Shown here in pieces: positions 1 to 10,548 of a stretch of 64,000 nucleotides of DNA. Below the pieces are notes generated by a model. The model was not told the origin of the DNA and did not search any database. It saw nothing but the letters and a program-made list of their open reading frames with translations. The translations under genes and the position numbers were made by a program. Within the stretch, counting starts at the first letter, position 1; the number at the start of each line of letters is the position of its first letter. Source of the DNA: a virus; IMG/VR virus record IMGVR_UViG_3300035670_000028, positions 32,001-96,000 of that record; one strand, given 5' to 3'.

Positions 1-1
1 C

Positions 2-1207
2 ATGCGTGTATGCATTGATCGGACAGCGCTCGGGACACCTGCGTCCCTGATCATCAACGACGATGGCACCTTCGAGTGGGGAAACGGTGACTCGTGCGAG
101 GTGTGCCTCTTCGACAGGGACAGGTGCGACGCCCCGCTCGAGGATCTCGCCCGCATCGCGGGGCTAACCATACATGACCTGAGCGTCGCGCCAGCGCCCC
201 AGACAAAGGCTTTCGCTTCACTCGGCGTCGAAGCGTCATCTGTGCCGTGGTTCATGGCGATGAGCAAGGAGCAGTTCACGGATCGAATCCGTGTGATATC
301 CCAGACGATCCAGGATGTCTTTAGGGACACTCTCTTGGGCTCATATGTGAAAACATACGGACAGTGTCGGAAGTTCCTCAGAGGCCTCTCTAGGCCCACC
401 GTTGATGTCGCTCTACTGCGCCAGCACGTCGCAGAGTGTGACTCAGGCCTGTCAGTCATCAAGTCAATCAAGAGCTTCACGCCAGGGCCCGACGGCCTCG
501 CTCCGCGCGTGGTGTACGACCAGTTCAGCTCTGCCACAGGACGGCTCACAGTCGAGCAGGGTCCCTCCATTCTCACACTCCCAAAGTCGTGCAGGGACAT
601 GATCAAGTCCACGACCGGAGGCAGCATCTATGAGGTGGACTTTGTCTCACTGGAGCCCCGCTTCGTGCTGCACGTGATGGGAAAGAAGCCGCCGCGAGAC
701 ATCTACGAGAGAATTCGGCAGGATGTCTTTGGAGGTGATCTCACACGCAAGATTGTGAAGACTGCGACAATAAGCGCCCTCTACGGCTCCTCAGCAGGCC
801 TCATATCAGAGCTCACAGGCGCCTCGGTCTCTGCCAGGTCTGTTGTTCGTCGCGTGAAGGAGTACTTTGGCGCCGAGGAGCTTGGAGCGAGGCTCGCGTT
901 CGAGGTCGAACAAGGAGCTCTGCACAACCACTACGGCAGACCACTAATTGAGATGCGCCGAGGTGAGTCCGAGGCAAAGCTCATCAGCTACTTCGTTCAG
1001 TCCTCCTGTGTGGACACTGCTCTGTTGGGATTTTCCAAGCTGAGTGATTCATTCAAGTCTCTAGGCGCACGTCCTATTTACGTCATACACGATGCTGTGC
1101 TTGTTGATGTTCCTCCGGGTGCTGACAGTGAGTTTCTTGAATTATGTAGTGCAGGCTTGGACTTGAGTGTGGGTCACTTTGATCTCGGCGTCAACAAGGT
1201 CTCCTAG
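2..1207 (+). CDS. Family A DNA polymerase-like protein (palm/fingers only)
   Basis: SATGRLT, motif A DFVSLEPR, motif B RKIVKTATISALYG, YFVQSS, motif C HDAVLV; no exonuclease motifs seen; start at window edge. Confidence 0.75.
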   Translation: MRVCIDRTALGTPASLIINDDGTFEWGNGDSCEVCLFDRDRCDAPLEDLARIAGLTIHDLSVAPAPQTKAFASLGVEASSVPWFMAMSKEQFTDRIRVISQTIQDVFRDTLLGSYVKTYGQCRKFLRGLSRPTVDVALLRQHVAECDSGLSVIKSIKSFTPGPDGLAPRVVYDQFSSATGRLTVEQGPSILTLPKSCRDMIKSTTGGSIYEVDFVSLEPRFVLHVMGKKPPRDIYERIRQDVFGGDLTRKIVKTATISALYGSSAGLISELTGASVSARSVVRRVKEYFGAEELGARLAFEVEQGALHNHYGRPLIEMRRGESEAKLISYFVQSSCVDTALLGFSKLSDSFKSLGARPIYVIHDAVLVDVPPGADSEFLELCSAGLDLSVGHFDLGVNKVS

Positions 1208-1215
1208 GTGAAATC

Positions 1216-1749
1216 ATGGCAAATGAAGAGTTTATAAGACAGCAGATACGAAGAATACTTCTTGAAGCTAACGCTGAAAGTGATGACAGCGAGTCTCCTC
1301 CTGCGCCTAAATCAAAGGCAGAGCCAGCGCCTCAAAGAGGCCAGGTCCAGAAGGGAAAGGTTGGACGCGGGAGAGTTTCAGGTGGTGTAAAGGAAGCTGA
1401 GGCCCTCGCAAATAGCAATCCCGGTGAGCTCATGAGAAAGCTGAAAATATCAGCGGTGACAGGATCAGACGAGGAGAAAGTCGAAAAGATTATGAAACAG
1501 GCTGTGAGCACGCTTAAGTCCACCAAGGGCCTCGAGCAGGCCTACAGCGGAGTCTCACTCGTCAGAGAGCAAGACACGGGCAGTGTCTACGTCAAAATTA
1601 GCCCAAACAAGTTGTCAGCAAGAAATGCTCTCATCTACATGAAGCATGTTCTAGTTGGCGCTTTCAATGCGGGTGTGCTCTCACTTGACAATGATGTGAT
1701 TCCCACCTATGAGGACGACAAGGCACTTATAAAATTTGCCAGTTCATGA
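1216..1749 (+). CDS. Hypothetical protein with N-terminal IRxxIRxILLE tag
   Basis: EEFIRQQIRRILLE. Confidence 0.6.
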   Translation: MANEEFIRQQIRRILLEANAESDDSESPPAPKSKAEPAPQRGQVQKGKVGRGRVSGGVKEAEALANSNPGELMRKLKISAVTGSDEEKVEKIMKQAVSTLKSTKGLEQAYSGVSLVREQDTGSVYVKISPNKLSARNALIYMKHVLVGAFNAGVLSLDNDVIPTYEDDKALIKFASS

Positions 1750-1761
1750 TAGTATTGTTGC

Positions 1762-2319
1762 ATGGACGCAGAAACTATTGAGATCAACTGGAACAAGTAC
1801 GAGTCTCTCTGCAAGAGATTCAACGATGAAGGCATCAACTCGCTTCTTGAGGCGCTTGGTGAGAGGATGGCAGCATGCCCCTCTGCCATCAAGACAGAGT
1901 ACACTGGCTGCTACCCGGGTGGACTCATCGACACGACGCTGAAGATCACAGCCGCCATGAGGAAGATCAACGACACGCTCGATGACAAGCTGCCTACGTC
2001 CTCCGTTCTAAAAGTGGGCCTCTTGCACGACATCGGCAAGGTGGGTGATGAGAGCGCCGACCACTTCCTTGACCAGGACTCGGACTGGCACCGTGAGAAG
2101 CTGGGCCAGCTCTACAAGTATAATGACGAGCTTCCCAAGATGACGTACGCGCACAGGACGCTACACCTCCTTCAGCACTTTGGTGTGAAGCTCACCCGTG
2201 AGGAGTGGGAGGCAGTTGCCACCTCCGGAGGCTACCACCTCGAGGAGAATCGATTCTACGTGGGGACGAAGAACACCCTGGGTAAGGTTTTGTGCTCCGC
2301 CCGCCTTCTTGTGCTTTGA
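1762..2319 (+). CDS. HD-domain phosphohydrolase (possibly degenerate)
   Basis: YPGGL...LLHDIGKVG; first His replaced (GGLIDTTL). Confidence 0.7.
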   Translation: MDAETIEINWNKYESLCKRFNDEGINSLLEALGERMAACPSAIKTEYTGCYPGGLIDTTLKITAAMRKINDTLDDKLPTSSVLKVGLLHDIGKVGDESADHFLDQDSDWHREKLGQLYKYNDELPKMTYAHRTLHLLQHFGVKLTREEWEAVATSGGYHLEENRFYVGTKNTLGKVLCSARLLVL

Positions 2320-2338
2320 TCGCTCCATATTTACTAGC

Positions 2339-2638
2339 ATGAACGAGACGCAGCTTCGGGAAGCCATCAGAGCAATACTTGAGAGCGACGAGGACAAGAA
2401 AAAGTCAAAGAAGAAGAAAAATCTTCTTGTTGAGCCTGACAAGGTGGAGAAGTCCAAGAAGGACGCCGAGGCCAGCCATGAAGTTTCTGCAGGCGGAGTG
2501 CAAGGTGTTGCAGTTCCCCTCGGCGCAGGACCTCACTATCCCGCACCTGACTCTCCTGCTGTGAAGAGAATTAGAAAGCAGATCGACGTTGTCGGTCGTG
2601 CTTTTGGTGGCGCAAAACCCACCAAGAAGAAGAAGTAA
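2339..2638 (+). CDS. Small tagged late protein
   Basis: MNETQLREAIRAILE; ATATTTA at 2327-2333. Confidence 0.6.
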   Translation: MNETQLREAIRAILESDEDKKKSKKKKNLLVEPDKVEKSKKDAEASHEVSAGGVQGVAVPLGAGPHYPAPDSPAVKRIRKQIDVVGRAFGGAKPTKKKK

Positions 2639-2740
2639 CACATTTGAAGATTTGGCGTTTCTTGAACATTTGACAACCGAAGGCTAGTCTTTATTGGCTA
2701 ATGTCAAGAACATTTGATCATTAGAAATTGAGGTAATAAC

Positions 2741-3562
2741 ATGGCAATTAATTTTGATGCAATTCGTAAGAAGTTGAACAAGCTCTCCGGCCAGAACTCC
2801 AAGCGCGACATCATGTGGCGCCCGCAGGAGGGCGAGGAGGCAACAGTGAGGCTCGTTGCGTTCCCCGACAACGACGGCCAGCCCTTCAAGGAGCGCTGGT
2901 TCTACTACAACATCGGCAACAACCCAGGCCTTCTCGCGCCGTACCAGTTCAATCGACCCGATCCCATCCAGGAGCTCATCAACAAGCTCCGCGATGATGA
3001 GAACAAGGAGTCGTACGAGCTCGCCAAGAAGCTCTATCCGAAGATGCGCGCGTATGCCGCAGTCGTCGTGCGCGGTGAGGAGGACAAGGGAGTCCGACTC
3101 TGGGCGTTCGGCAAGCAGGTGTATCAGTCGCTTCTGAACATCATGCTCGATGAGGACTACGGCGACATCACCGATCCGAAGACTGGACGCGACGTGAAGG
3201 TAACCTGCTCGAAGGCGAACGGCAAGACCTACGCCTCAACAGACGTCATGCCTCGTGGCAAGTCCTCTCCTCTCTCAGAGAGTCCGGACAAGGCGAAGCA
3301 GTGGCTCTCCAGCATTCCCAGTCTCGATGATCTCTTCACTGAGAAGTCCTACGAGGAGCTCGAGAAGATCGTCAATGACTGGATCAACGGCGATATGTCG
3401 ACCTCGTCATCTGAGATGGGAACGTCCCGCGGCGCCCCCGCTGCGGCAGCTCCCGCTGCAGCCTCCTCTGACGAGGACGATGATGCTCCCAAGCAGAAGG
3501 CATCCGGAAAGGGAGGCAAGTTCAAGAGCCTCGAGGACGCCTTCGCCGATCTCGAGGACTGA
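2741..3562 (+). CDS. gp32-like single-stranded DNA-binding protein
   Basis: MWRP...VRLV, LWAFGKQVY, DITDPKTGRD, acidic tail AFADLED; directly upstream of recA. Confidence 0.8.
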   Translation: MAINFDAIRKKLNKLSGQNSKRDIMWRPQEGEEATVRLVAFPDNDGQPFKERWFYYNIGNNPGLLAPYQFNRPDPIQELINKLRDDENKESYELAKKLYPKMRAYAAVVVRGEEDKGVRLWAFGKQVYQSLLNIMLDEDYGDITDPKTGRDVKVTCSKANGKTYASTDVMPRGKSSPLSESPDKAKQWLSSIPSLDDLFTEKSYEELEKIVNDWINGDMSTSSSEMGTSRGAPAAAAPAAASSDEDDDAPKQKASGKGGKFKSLEDAFADLED

Positions 3563-3582
3563 ACTAACTAGAGTGTGAGCCA

Positions 3583-3616
3583 GCGAGCGCGCCCCGCCAG
3601 GGGTGCGTTTGCATTT
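3583..3616 (+). terminator. Hairpin between SSB and recA (terminator or processing site)
   Basis: GCGAGCGCGCCCC-GCCA-GGGGTGCGTTTGC followed by ATTT. Confidence 0.5.
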
Positions 3617-3628
3617 AACGAGGGCACC

Positions 3629-4810
3629 ATGGCAAAGAACACAGAGCAAGACAGCTTCACAGATGATCTGATCAAGTCACTCAATAAGTCGCACGGATCC
3701 CGTGTGGCCTATAACCTCGCATTCGATGAGTCACCCACACACGTCAAGCGGTGGATCAGCACGGGCTCCAAGCAGCTCGACTACATCATCTCTAACCGCC
3801 GCAACGGTGGCCTTCCTGAGGGACGGATCGTCGAGATCTTCGGCCCACCCTCTATCGGTAAGTCACACATCGCCATTCAGATCGCGCGCTCCACTCAGAA
3901 GATGGGTGGAATTGTGGTCTACATCGACACGGAGAATGCCACCTCAGTCGAGAACCTTGGACTCCTCGGGGTCGACGTCAAGAAGCGCTTCGTCTATGTT
4001 GACACCCACTGCACAGAGGAGGTCCTCTCGATCGCGGAGGAGACGATCCTCAAGGCGAAGGCGATGGACAAGGACGTGCCTGTCACCATCATCTGGGACT
4101 CAGTGGCTGCAACATCACCCAAGGCTGAGCTCACAGGTGACTACGACAAGGACTCGATCGGCCTGCAGGCCCGTGCAATCTCCAAGGGCATGCGCAAGAT
4201 CACAGGCGTCATCGCCAACCAGAACGTGCTTCTCGTCTGCCTGAACCAGATTCGCACGAAGGTGGGTGTCATGTACGGCGATCCCACCACAACACCTGGC
4301 GGTATGGCGATCCCCTTCCACGCATCAGTCCGAATCAAGCTCGGTGCAGGTCAACACATCCTCAACAAGGACAAGGAGGTCATTGGCATCAATGTCTCCG
4401 CAAAGACTGTCAAGAACAAGGTGACAGCGCCCTTCAGGACCGCTGACTTTGAGATTCACTTTGGCGTCGGAATCAAGGAGCACGAGCAGCTGTTCGACAT
4501 CCTTCGGCGCCACGGTCCTGAGACCGTTAACGGCCGCACGATCGAGATAGGTGGAACCGGCGCATGGAAGACACTGACGGTGCACAACGCATCGACAGGT
4601 GAGATCATTGTCGACAAGAAGTTCTACAAGGCTGAGTTCGACAAGATTCTCTCGGACCCTGAGTACGCTGACTACCTCGATGACCTCCTCGAGGCGGCGA
4701 TGTCCAAGAAGAAGGCGACTGAGGCTGCCGACGTGGATCCGGAGTCGTACGAGGAAGTGCGTGCCATTGCGATGGATGTAGATGTGTCAGACGTCTCTCC
4801 TGAGGACTGA
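3629..4810 (+). CDS. recA: RecA/UvsX recombinase
   Basis: WISTGS, GRIVEIFGPPSIGKS, YIDTE, IWDSVAA, LNQIR, TTPGG. Confidence 0.95.
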   Translation: MAKNTEQDSFTDDLIKSLNKSHGSRVAYNLAFDESPTHVKRWISTGSKQLDYIISNRRNGGLPEGRIVEIFGPPSIGKSHIAIQIARSTQKMGGIVVYIDTENATSVENLGLLGVDVKKRFVYVDTHCTEEVLSIAEETILKAKAMDKDVPVTIIWDSVAATSPKAELTGDYDKDSIGLQARAISKGMRKITGVIANQNVLLVCLNQIRTKVGVMYGDPTTTPGGMAIPFHASVRIKLGAGQHILNKDKEVIGINVSAKTVKNKVTAPFRTADFEIHFGVGIKEHEQLFDILRRHGPETVNGRTIEIGGTGAWKTLTVHNASTGEIIVDKKFYKAEFDKILSDPEYADYLDDLLEAAMSKKKATEAADVDPESYEEVRAIAMDVDVSDVSPED

Positions 4811-5769
4811 TGCGGCACCCGATCATCATAATTGACTCGCTGAACGTTTTCACTCGACATTTTATTGCAAATCCCACTATGAGCCGCCAGGGTCAGCAGA
4901 TCGGCGGATTTGTGGGTTTCCTCAAGGGCCTCAAGCTTCTAACGGAGAAGCTCAGGCCCAAGAGGGTGATAGTGGTGTGGGAGGGTGGTGGATCCGCTCG
5001 TCGAAGGGCAATCTTTCCTGACTACAAGCAGGGAAGCAGGCCACAGAAGCTTAACCGCTACTACGATGATGACATTCCCGACACGTACGAGAACAGGGAC
5101 TTTCAGATCAAGATGACGATTGAGGCACTGAAGCACGTTCCAGTGCAGCAGATCTACGTCTCGGACTGCGAGGCCGACGATGTGATAGGCTACATGTGCC
5201 GTCACCTCTTTCCAGAGGATCCGCTTGTTGTCGTGTCGTCTGACAAGGACCTGTACCAGCTCATCGATGACAGGGTCACGCAGTGGTCGCCTGGCCAGAA
5301 GAAGTTCATCACACCTGAGGAAGTGCACGAAAAGTTTGGTGTGTGGCCCGTGAACATGTGTGTCGTGCGAAGCTTCGTGGGAGATCCCTCTGACAGCATT
5401 CCAGGGGTCGCAGGAGCTGGCTTCAAGACAATGACCAAGAGATTCCCATTGTTGTCCGAGAAATCATCCCTGATGATCCAGGATGTCCTAGACGAGGCTT
5501 CCAGACTGTCAGCGACAAAGTCCGGCGCTAAAGTTCAGGTCCTTAAAAACATCCTTGAGGAGCAGGATATAGTGATGCGTAACTGGAAGCTCATGCACCT
5601 GGACATTTCGAACCTCTCAGGTGACCAGATTAAGAGAATAAACGACTCCGTGTCGAACTACTCGCCGAAGAAGAACAAGTTGGAGCTTATGCGCCTATTT
5701 GTAAGGCAGGGAATCCAGGACTTTGACGTGGACTCCTTCTTCATGTCTCTGAGCGCTTCAATAACTTGA
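4810..5769 (+). CDS. 5'-3' exonuclease / flap endonuclease (RNase H-like)
   Basis: IIDSLN, YKQG, EADDVIG, SSDKDLYQL, GDPSDSIPGV. Confidence 0.9.
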   Translation: MRHPIIIIDSLNVFTRHFIANPTMSRQGQQIGGFVGFLKGLKLLTEKLRPKRVIVVWEGGGSARRRAIFPDYKQGSRPQKLNRYYDDDIPDTYENRDFQIKMTIEALKHVPVQQIYVSDCEADDVIGYMCRHLFPEDPLVVVSSDKDLYQLIDDRVTQWSPGQKKFITPEEVHEKFGVWPVNMCVVRSFVGDPSDSIPGVAGAGFKTMTKRFPLLSEKSSLMIQDVLDEASRLSATKSGAKVQVLKNILEEQDIVMRNWKLMHLDISNLSGDQIKRINDSVSNYSPKKNKLELMRLFVRQGIQDFDVDSFFMSLSASIT

Positions 5770-5776
5770 GGAAATA

Positions 5777-7177
5777 ATGGAAGAAAAAGAGTCACAGATC
5801 GAGCTCGCGCTGAATGGTTCGTTCTCGAAGTACGGCAAGCAGTTTCAGGAGGGCATCTTTCACGGCCTGCTGACAGACCACCCATGGGCTGCTCAGATGA
5901 TGGAGGTCATGAAGCCCACCTTCTTCGACGTGAAGTACCTCGAGTTCCTGTGCGAGAAGTACTTCCTGTACCACAACAAGTACAAGTGCTTCCCATCCAT
6001 GGGCCTGCTCATTCCTCTCATCAAGGAGGACCTCGCCGAGTCGAACGACAAGATCCTCCTCGACCAGACGGTTGAGTACCTGCACAGGCTGAAGACCAAC
6101 CCCAACATGGGTGACCTCCAGTACATCAAGGACAAGTCCCTCGACTTCTGCAAGCGGCAGGTCTTCAGGGACGCGCTCGAGAAGGCTGTCGAGCTCATCT
6201 CCACGGACAAGTTCGAGTCTGTCGTCGGCCTCATGAAGGAGGCAGTCGGTGTCGGCCTTCCGAGCTCAGTTGGCCACGACTTCTTCGAGGACTTTGAGGC
6301 GAGATTCGTCAAGTCTCGGCGCCAGTGCTGCCCAACAGGCATTGCCCGCCTCGATGAGAAGGACATCCTGCAGGGTGGACTCGGTCGCGGCGAGATTGGA
6401 GTCATCACTGCGAACACTGGCGTAGGTAAGAGCCACTTCCTGGTTGCCCTTGGTGCCAATGCAATGCGTGTCGGCAAGAATGTCGTGCACTACACGTTCG
6501 AGCTCACAGAGACCGCTGTCGGCATTCGATACGACTCCAACCTCTGCGACGTCGCGTCAAATGAGGTGCCTGACAGCAAGGAGCTCATCAAGAAGCGCTA
6601 CAGCGACCTCGAGCTAGGCCGACTCATCATCAAGGAGTATCCAACAGGATCCGCATCCGTCATGACGATCAGGAACCACCTCGAGAAGCTGATGATGAAG
6701 AACTTCATTCCCAGCCTCGTTGTGATCGACTACGCGGACGTCATGAGGTCCACACGGCAGTATGACTCTCTCAGGCACGAGCTCAAGCTTATCTACGAGG
6801 AGCTTCGCAACCTGTCGATGGACATGAACATTCCAGTCTGGACAGCCTCACAGGCAAACAGGGCGTCCTCAACAGCAGAGGTTGTCGGCCTCGAGAACAT
6901 GTCAGAGGCCTACGGCAAGGCCATGGTCGCCGACGTCGTTTTGTCACTTTCTAGAAAGCCTTTGGAGAAGGATAAGGGCACCGGACGGATATTTATTGCA
7001 AAGAACCGAGCAGGTAGAGATGGAGTCGTTTTTCCTGTACACATTGACACAGCAAGGTCCAAGATTGACATCCTGGACCCCAATGAGCTCTCACTGAATG
7101 AGGCCGTGATGCAGGATGAGTCGACAATGAAGGACTTGCTTAAGCAAAAGTGGAAGGAAGTCAGCAACGCATCTTGA
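5777..7177 (+). CDS. DnaB/gp41-like replicative helicase
   Basis: ANTGVGKS, IKEYPT, VIDYAD, WTASQANR, KNRAG. Confidence 0.9.
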   Translation: MEEKESQIELALNGSFSKYGKQFQEGIFHGLLTDHPWAAQMMEVMKPTFFDVKYLEFLCEKYFLYHNKYKCFPSMGLLIPLIKEDLAESNDKILLDQTVEYLHRLKTNPNMGDLQYIKDKSLDFCKRQVFRDALEKAVELISTDKFESVVGLMKEAVGVGLPSSVGHDFFEDFEARFVKSRRQCCPTGIARLDEKDILQGGLGRGEIGVITANTGVGKSHFLVALGANAMRVGKNVVHYTFELTETAVGIRYDSNLCDVASNEVPDSKELIKKRYSDLELGRLIIKEYPTGSASVMTIRNHLEKLMMKNFIPSLVVIDYADVMRSTRQYDSLRHELKLIYEELRNLSMDMNIPVWTASQANRASSTAEVVGLENMSEAYGKAMVADVVLSLSRKPLEKDKGTGRIFIAKNRAGRDGVVFPVHIDTARSKIDILDPNELSLNEAVMQDESTMKDLLKQKWKEVSNAS

Positions 7178-7210
7178 TGCTGCGTCGGTGCTTTTGAAGC
7201 AGGAGAGTCT

Positions 7211-8176
7211 ATGGAGCCAATACTTCGTCCGAACCCAGAGAGATTTGTCATCTATCCAATCGTTCACTCTGACCTTTGGCAGGAATTTAAACGGCAGGAG
7301 GCCTCCTTCTGGACTGCCGAGGAGATCGACCTGACTGAGGATCGACGCGACTGGGAGAGGCTCAAGGAGGATGAGCGGCACTTCATCAAGCACGTGCTAG
7401 CATTCTTCGCCGCCTCAGACGGCATCGTCAATGAGAATCTCTGCTATCGATTCGCGAACGAGGTGCAGTACCCTGAGGCCCGGGCCGCATACACATTCCA
7501 GGCAGCCATGGAGACCATCCACAGTGAGACTTACTCGCTGCTCATCGACTCCTATGTGACCGATCCCGCTGAGAAGACACACCTCCTGCGCGCAATCGAG
7601 ACGATTCCCGCTGTCAAGAAGAAGGCTGAGTGGGCCCTCAAGTGGATGAGCAATGACTCACCTTTCGTCCAGCGGCTCCTAGCCTTCGCCTGCGTCGAGG
7701 GGATATTCTTCAGCGGCTCATTCTGCGCCATCTTCTGGCTCAAGCACCGCGGATTGGGAATGAAGGGTCTCACGTTCTCCAACGAGCTCATAAGCAGGGA
7801 CGAGAATGCACACACGGACTTCGCCTTGAAGATCCTCAAGAATCACATCGTCAACAAGCCTGACGTCAAGACTGTCCACAGCATTGTGTCAGATGCTGTC
7901 AGCATTGAGAAGGAATTTGTTTGCGACGCGCTTCCTGTTTCTCTCATTGGAATGAACGCGGATGCAATGTCTGCGTATATTGAGTTCGTGGCCGATCGAT
8001 TGCTCACAGACCTGGGATATCCGAAGCTCTACAACGCCAAGAACCCATTTCCCTGGATGGAGATGCTCGGCCTCGAGGGCAAGACCAACTTTTTTGAGCG
8101 TCGGGTGAGCGAGTACGCAAAGGCCGGCGTCAAGAGCGGTACAACACAGTCACTCACATGGGATGGAGACTTCTGA
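7211..8176 (+). CDS. nrdB: Class Ia ribonucleotide reductase beta subunit
   Basis: [46 protein letters not shown]. Confidence 0.95.
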   Translation: MEPILRPNPERFVIYPIVHSDLWQEFKRQEASFWTAEEIDLTEDRRDWERLKEDERHFIKHVLAFFAASDGIVNENLCYRFANEVQYPEARAAYTFQAAMETIHSETYSLLIDSYVTDPAEKTHLLRAIETIPAVKKKAEWALKWMSNDSPFVQRLLAFACVEGIFFSGSFCAIFWLKHRGLGMKGLTFSNELISRDENAHTDFALKILKNHIVNKPDVKTVHSIVSDAVSIEKEFVCDALPVSLIGMNADAMSAYIEFVADRLLTDLGYPKLYNAKNPFPWMEMLGLEGKTNFFERRVSEYAKAGVKSGTTQSLTWDGDF

Positions 8177-10533
8177 TGCGTTCATTTGTAGTCAAGAGCA
8201 GCGGCAAGAGAGAAGAGATCAAGTTCGACAAGATCACACAGCGCATCAAGCGCCAGTGCAAGGGCTTAAACGAGGAGTATGTGAGTCCCATCGCTGTCAC
8301 TCGTGAGGTCGCGGAGTCCGTTGTCGACGGCATCACGACAGGTGAGATCGACGCGCTGATCGCCCAGGAGGCAGCTCGAATGGTGACGATTCACCCAGAC
8401 TACTCGCTCCTGGCCGCACGCATCCTTGTCACGAGGTGGCAGAAGTCAATCCCTGTCAACTTCTCAGAGAACGTTGGTAGGCTCTACGACAACGTCGATC
8501 CTGTCACTGGAAAGCACGCGCCCCTCGTCAGCAAGGAGCTCGTTGAGCTCATGTCCGACAAGAAGCACTCAGAGCTCGTCGACCGCGCGATCGTCCACGA
8601 GCGTGACAAGAACTTTGACTACTTTGGCCTGGCAACTCTACAGCACGGGTACCTAAAGTCCATCGACGGTCAGCCGGCTGAGACGCCCCAGTTCATGTGG
8701 ATGCGTGTGTCACTAGGCATCCACGGCGACGACATCGAGTCCTCCATCAGGTGCTACGAGGGCCTGAGCACAGGCAGGTACATCCACGCTACACCAACCC
8801 TGTTCAACGCAGGCACACCTCGCGCCCAGATGGCCAGCTGCTTCCTGCAGAGTCTCGCTGATGACTCCATCGATGGAATATTCAGCACCTATAAGCAGAC
8901 GGCTCACATCTCCAAGTGGGCAGGCGGCATCGGTCTACATGTCCACAACCTTCGGGCGAAGGGAAGCCTAATCGCTGGAACAGGTGGCCAGTCTGAGGGC
9001 ATCGTTCCGATGCTCAAGGTCCTCAATGAGATCGCACGATACGTGAACCAGGGCGGCAAGCGCAAGGGCGCTTTCGCGGTCTATCTCGAGCCCTGGCACT
9101 CCGACATTGAGGAGTTCCTTGAGATGAAGAAGAACCACGGCAAGGAGGAGCTTCGCGCTCGTGATCTCTTCTACGCACTGTGGGTGCCAGACCTCTTTAT
9201 GCGCCGCGTGAAGGAGGACGGTGTGTGGTCGCTCATGTGCCCACAGGCCTCACCGGGTCTCGCAGATGTACACGGAGATGACTTCGTCAAGCTCTATGAG
9301 AAGTATGAGGAGGCCGGAAAGTTCGTCCGCCAGGTGAAGGCACGAGACCTCTGGATCAAGGTGATCACTGCGCAGATCGAGACAGGAGTGCCGTACATCC
9401 TCTACAAGGATGCTGCCAACAATAAGTCAAACCAGAAGAACCTAGGCACAATTAAGTCATCAAATCTCTGCACAGAGATCATCGAGCACAGCACACCTGA
9501 GGAGACTGCAGTGTGCAACCTCGCGTCCATTGCACTAAGTCGATTTGTGCACGATGGAAAGTATGACTTTGAGGGCCTCCGACAGACTGCCGCAGAGGTC
9601 ACCTTTAACCTCAACCGTGTGATCGACCGAAACTACTACCCTGTGCCTGAGACTGAGGTCTCCAACATGAAGCACAGGCCCATCGGCATCGGTGTTCAGG
9701 GCCTCGCTGACACGTACGCGATGCTCAAGATGGACTTCACCTCTCCCGAGGCTGTTGAGCTGAACAAGCGGATCTTTGCGACCATATACTACGGGGCACT
9801 TGACGCGTCCTGTGAGCTCGCAAAGGAGGAGGGAACTTACTCATCCTACGAGGGTTCGCCGGCGTCGAAGGGGCAGCTGCAGTTCGACATGTGGGGTATT
9901 GAGCCACATCCCTCTCTGAACTGGAAGTCCCTGAAGGCGAGGATCGCAAAGCACGGTCTGAGGAATAGCTTGCTCCTCGCGCCCATGCCTACCGCTTCCA
10001 CGTCCCAGATCCTAGGCAACAACGAGTGTTTCGAGCCTTTCACGTCAAACATCTACGTGAGGAGAGTCCTCTCGGGTGAGTTCGTGATTGTCAACAAGCA
10101 CCTCGTCAATGACCTTATCGAGGTGGGTCTCTGGGGTGAGGATATGAAGAACGAGATCGTGCGCAATGCAGGATCCATTCAGGAGATCTCCAAGATTCCA
10201 GAGGAAATTCGCAGTAGATACAGGACAGTGTGGGAGATGTCGATGAGGCCGATCATCGATCAGGCAGCCGACAGAGGCGCCTATATCTGCCAGTCACAGT
10301 CGATGAACCTGTTTATCGCTAGCCCTAACATTGGCGCCGTCAACTCAATGCACTTCTACGCCTGGGAGAAGGGCCTGAAGACTGGCATGTACTACCTGCG
10401 CTCCAAGCCCGCGTCAACAGCGAAGGCGATCACCGTCGAGGAGAAGCAGGAGAAGCCAGACACAGAGATGGATGAGGCCGCTCTCGTGTGCTCCCTGGAG
10501 AACCCAGAGGCGTGCGAGATGTGCGGATCCTGA
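8176..10533 (+). CDS. nrdA: Class Ia ribonucleotide reductase alpha subunit with ATP cone
   Basis: ATP cone, ATPTLFNAG, ASCF, SNLCTEI, APMPTAST, KTGMYY, C-terminal CxxC. Confidence 0.95.
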   Translation: MRSFVVKSSGKREEIKFDKITQRIKRQCKGLNEEYVSPIAVTREVAESVVDGITTGEIDALIAQEAARMVTIHPDYSLLAARILVTRWQKSIPVNFSENVGRLYDNVDPVTGKHAPLVSKELVELMSDKKHSELVDRAIVHERDKNFDYFGLATLQHGYLKSIDGQPAETPQFMWMRVSLGIHGDDIESSIRCYEGLSTGRYIHATPTLFNAGTPRAQMASCFLQSLADDSIDGIFSTYKQTAHISKWAGGIGLHVHNLRAKGSLIAGTGGQSEGIVPMLKVLNEIARYVNQGGKRKGAFAVYLEPWHSDIEEFLEMKKNHGKEELRARDLFYALWVPDLFMRRVKEDGVWSLMCPQASPGLADVHGDDFVKLYEKYEEAGKFVRQVKARDLWIKVITAQIETGVPYILYKDAANNKSNQKNLGTIKSSNLCTEIIEHSTPEETAVCNLASIALSRFVHDGKYDFEGLRQTAAEVTFNLNRVIDRNYYPVPETEVSNMKHRPIGIGVQGLADTYAMLKMDFTSPEAVELNKRIFATIYYGALDASCELAKEEGTYSSYEGSPASKGQLQFDMWGIEPHPSLNWKSLKARIAKHGLRNSLLLAPMPTASTSQILGNNECFEPFTSNIYVRRVLSGEFVIVNKHLVNDLIEVGLWGEDMKNEIVRNAGSIQEISKIPEEIRSRYRTVWEMSMRPIIDQAADRGAYICQSQSMNLFIASPNIGAVNSMHFYAWEKGLKTGMYYLRSKPASTAKAITVEEKQEKPDTEMDEAALVCSLENPEACEMCGS

Positions 10534-10548
10534 CAAAACGGAGGAAAG

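Noticed and set aside
7211-10533. Eukaryotic or giant-virus origin suggested by eukaryote-like RNR and MBD4
   Set aside because: SD sites, coupled operons, sigma70-like promoters, DnaE, RecA and a lipobox indicate a bacteriophage
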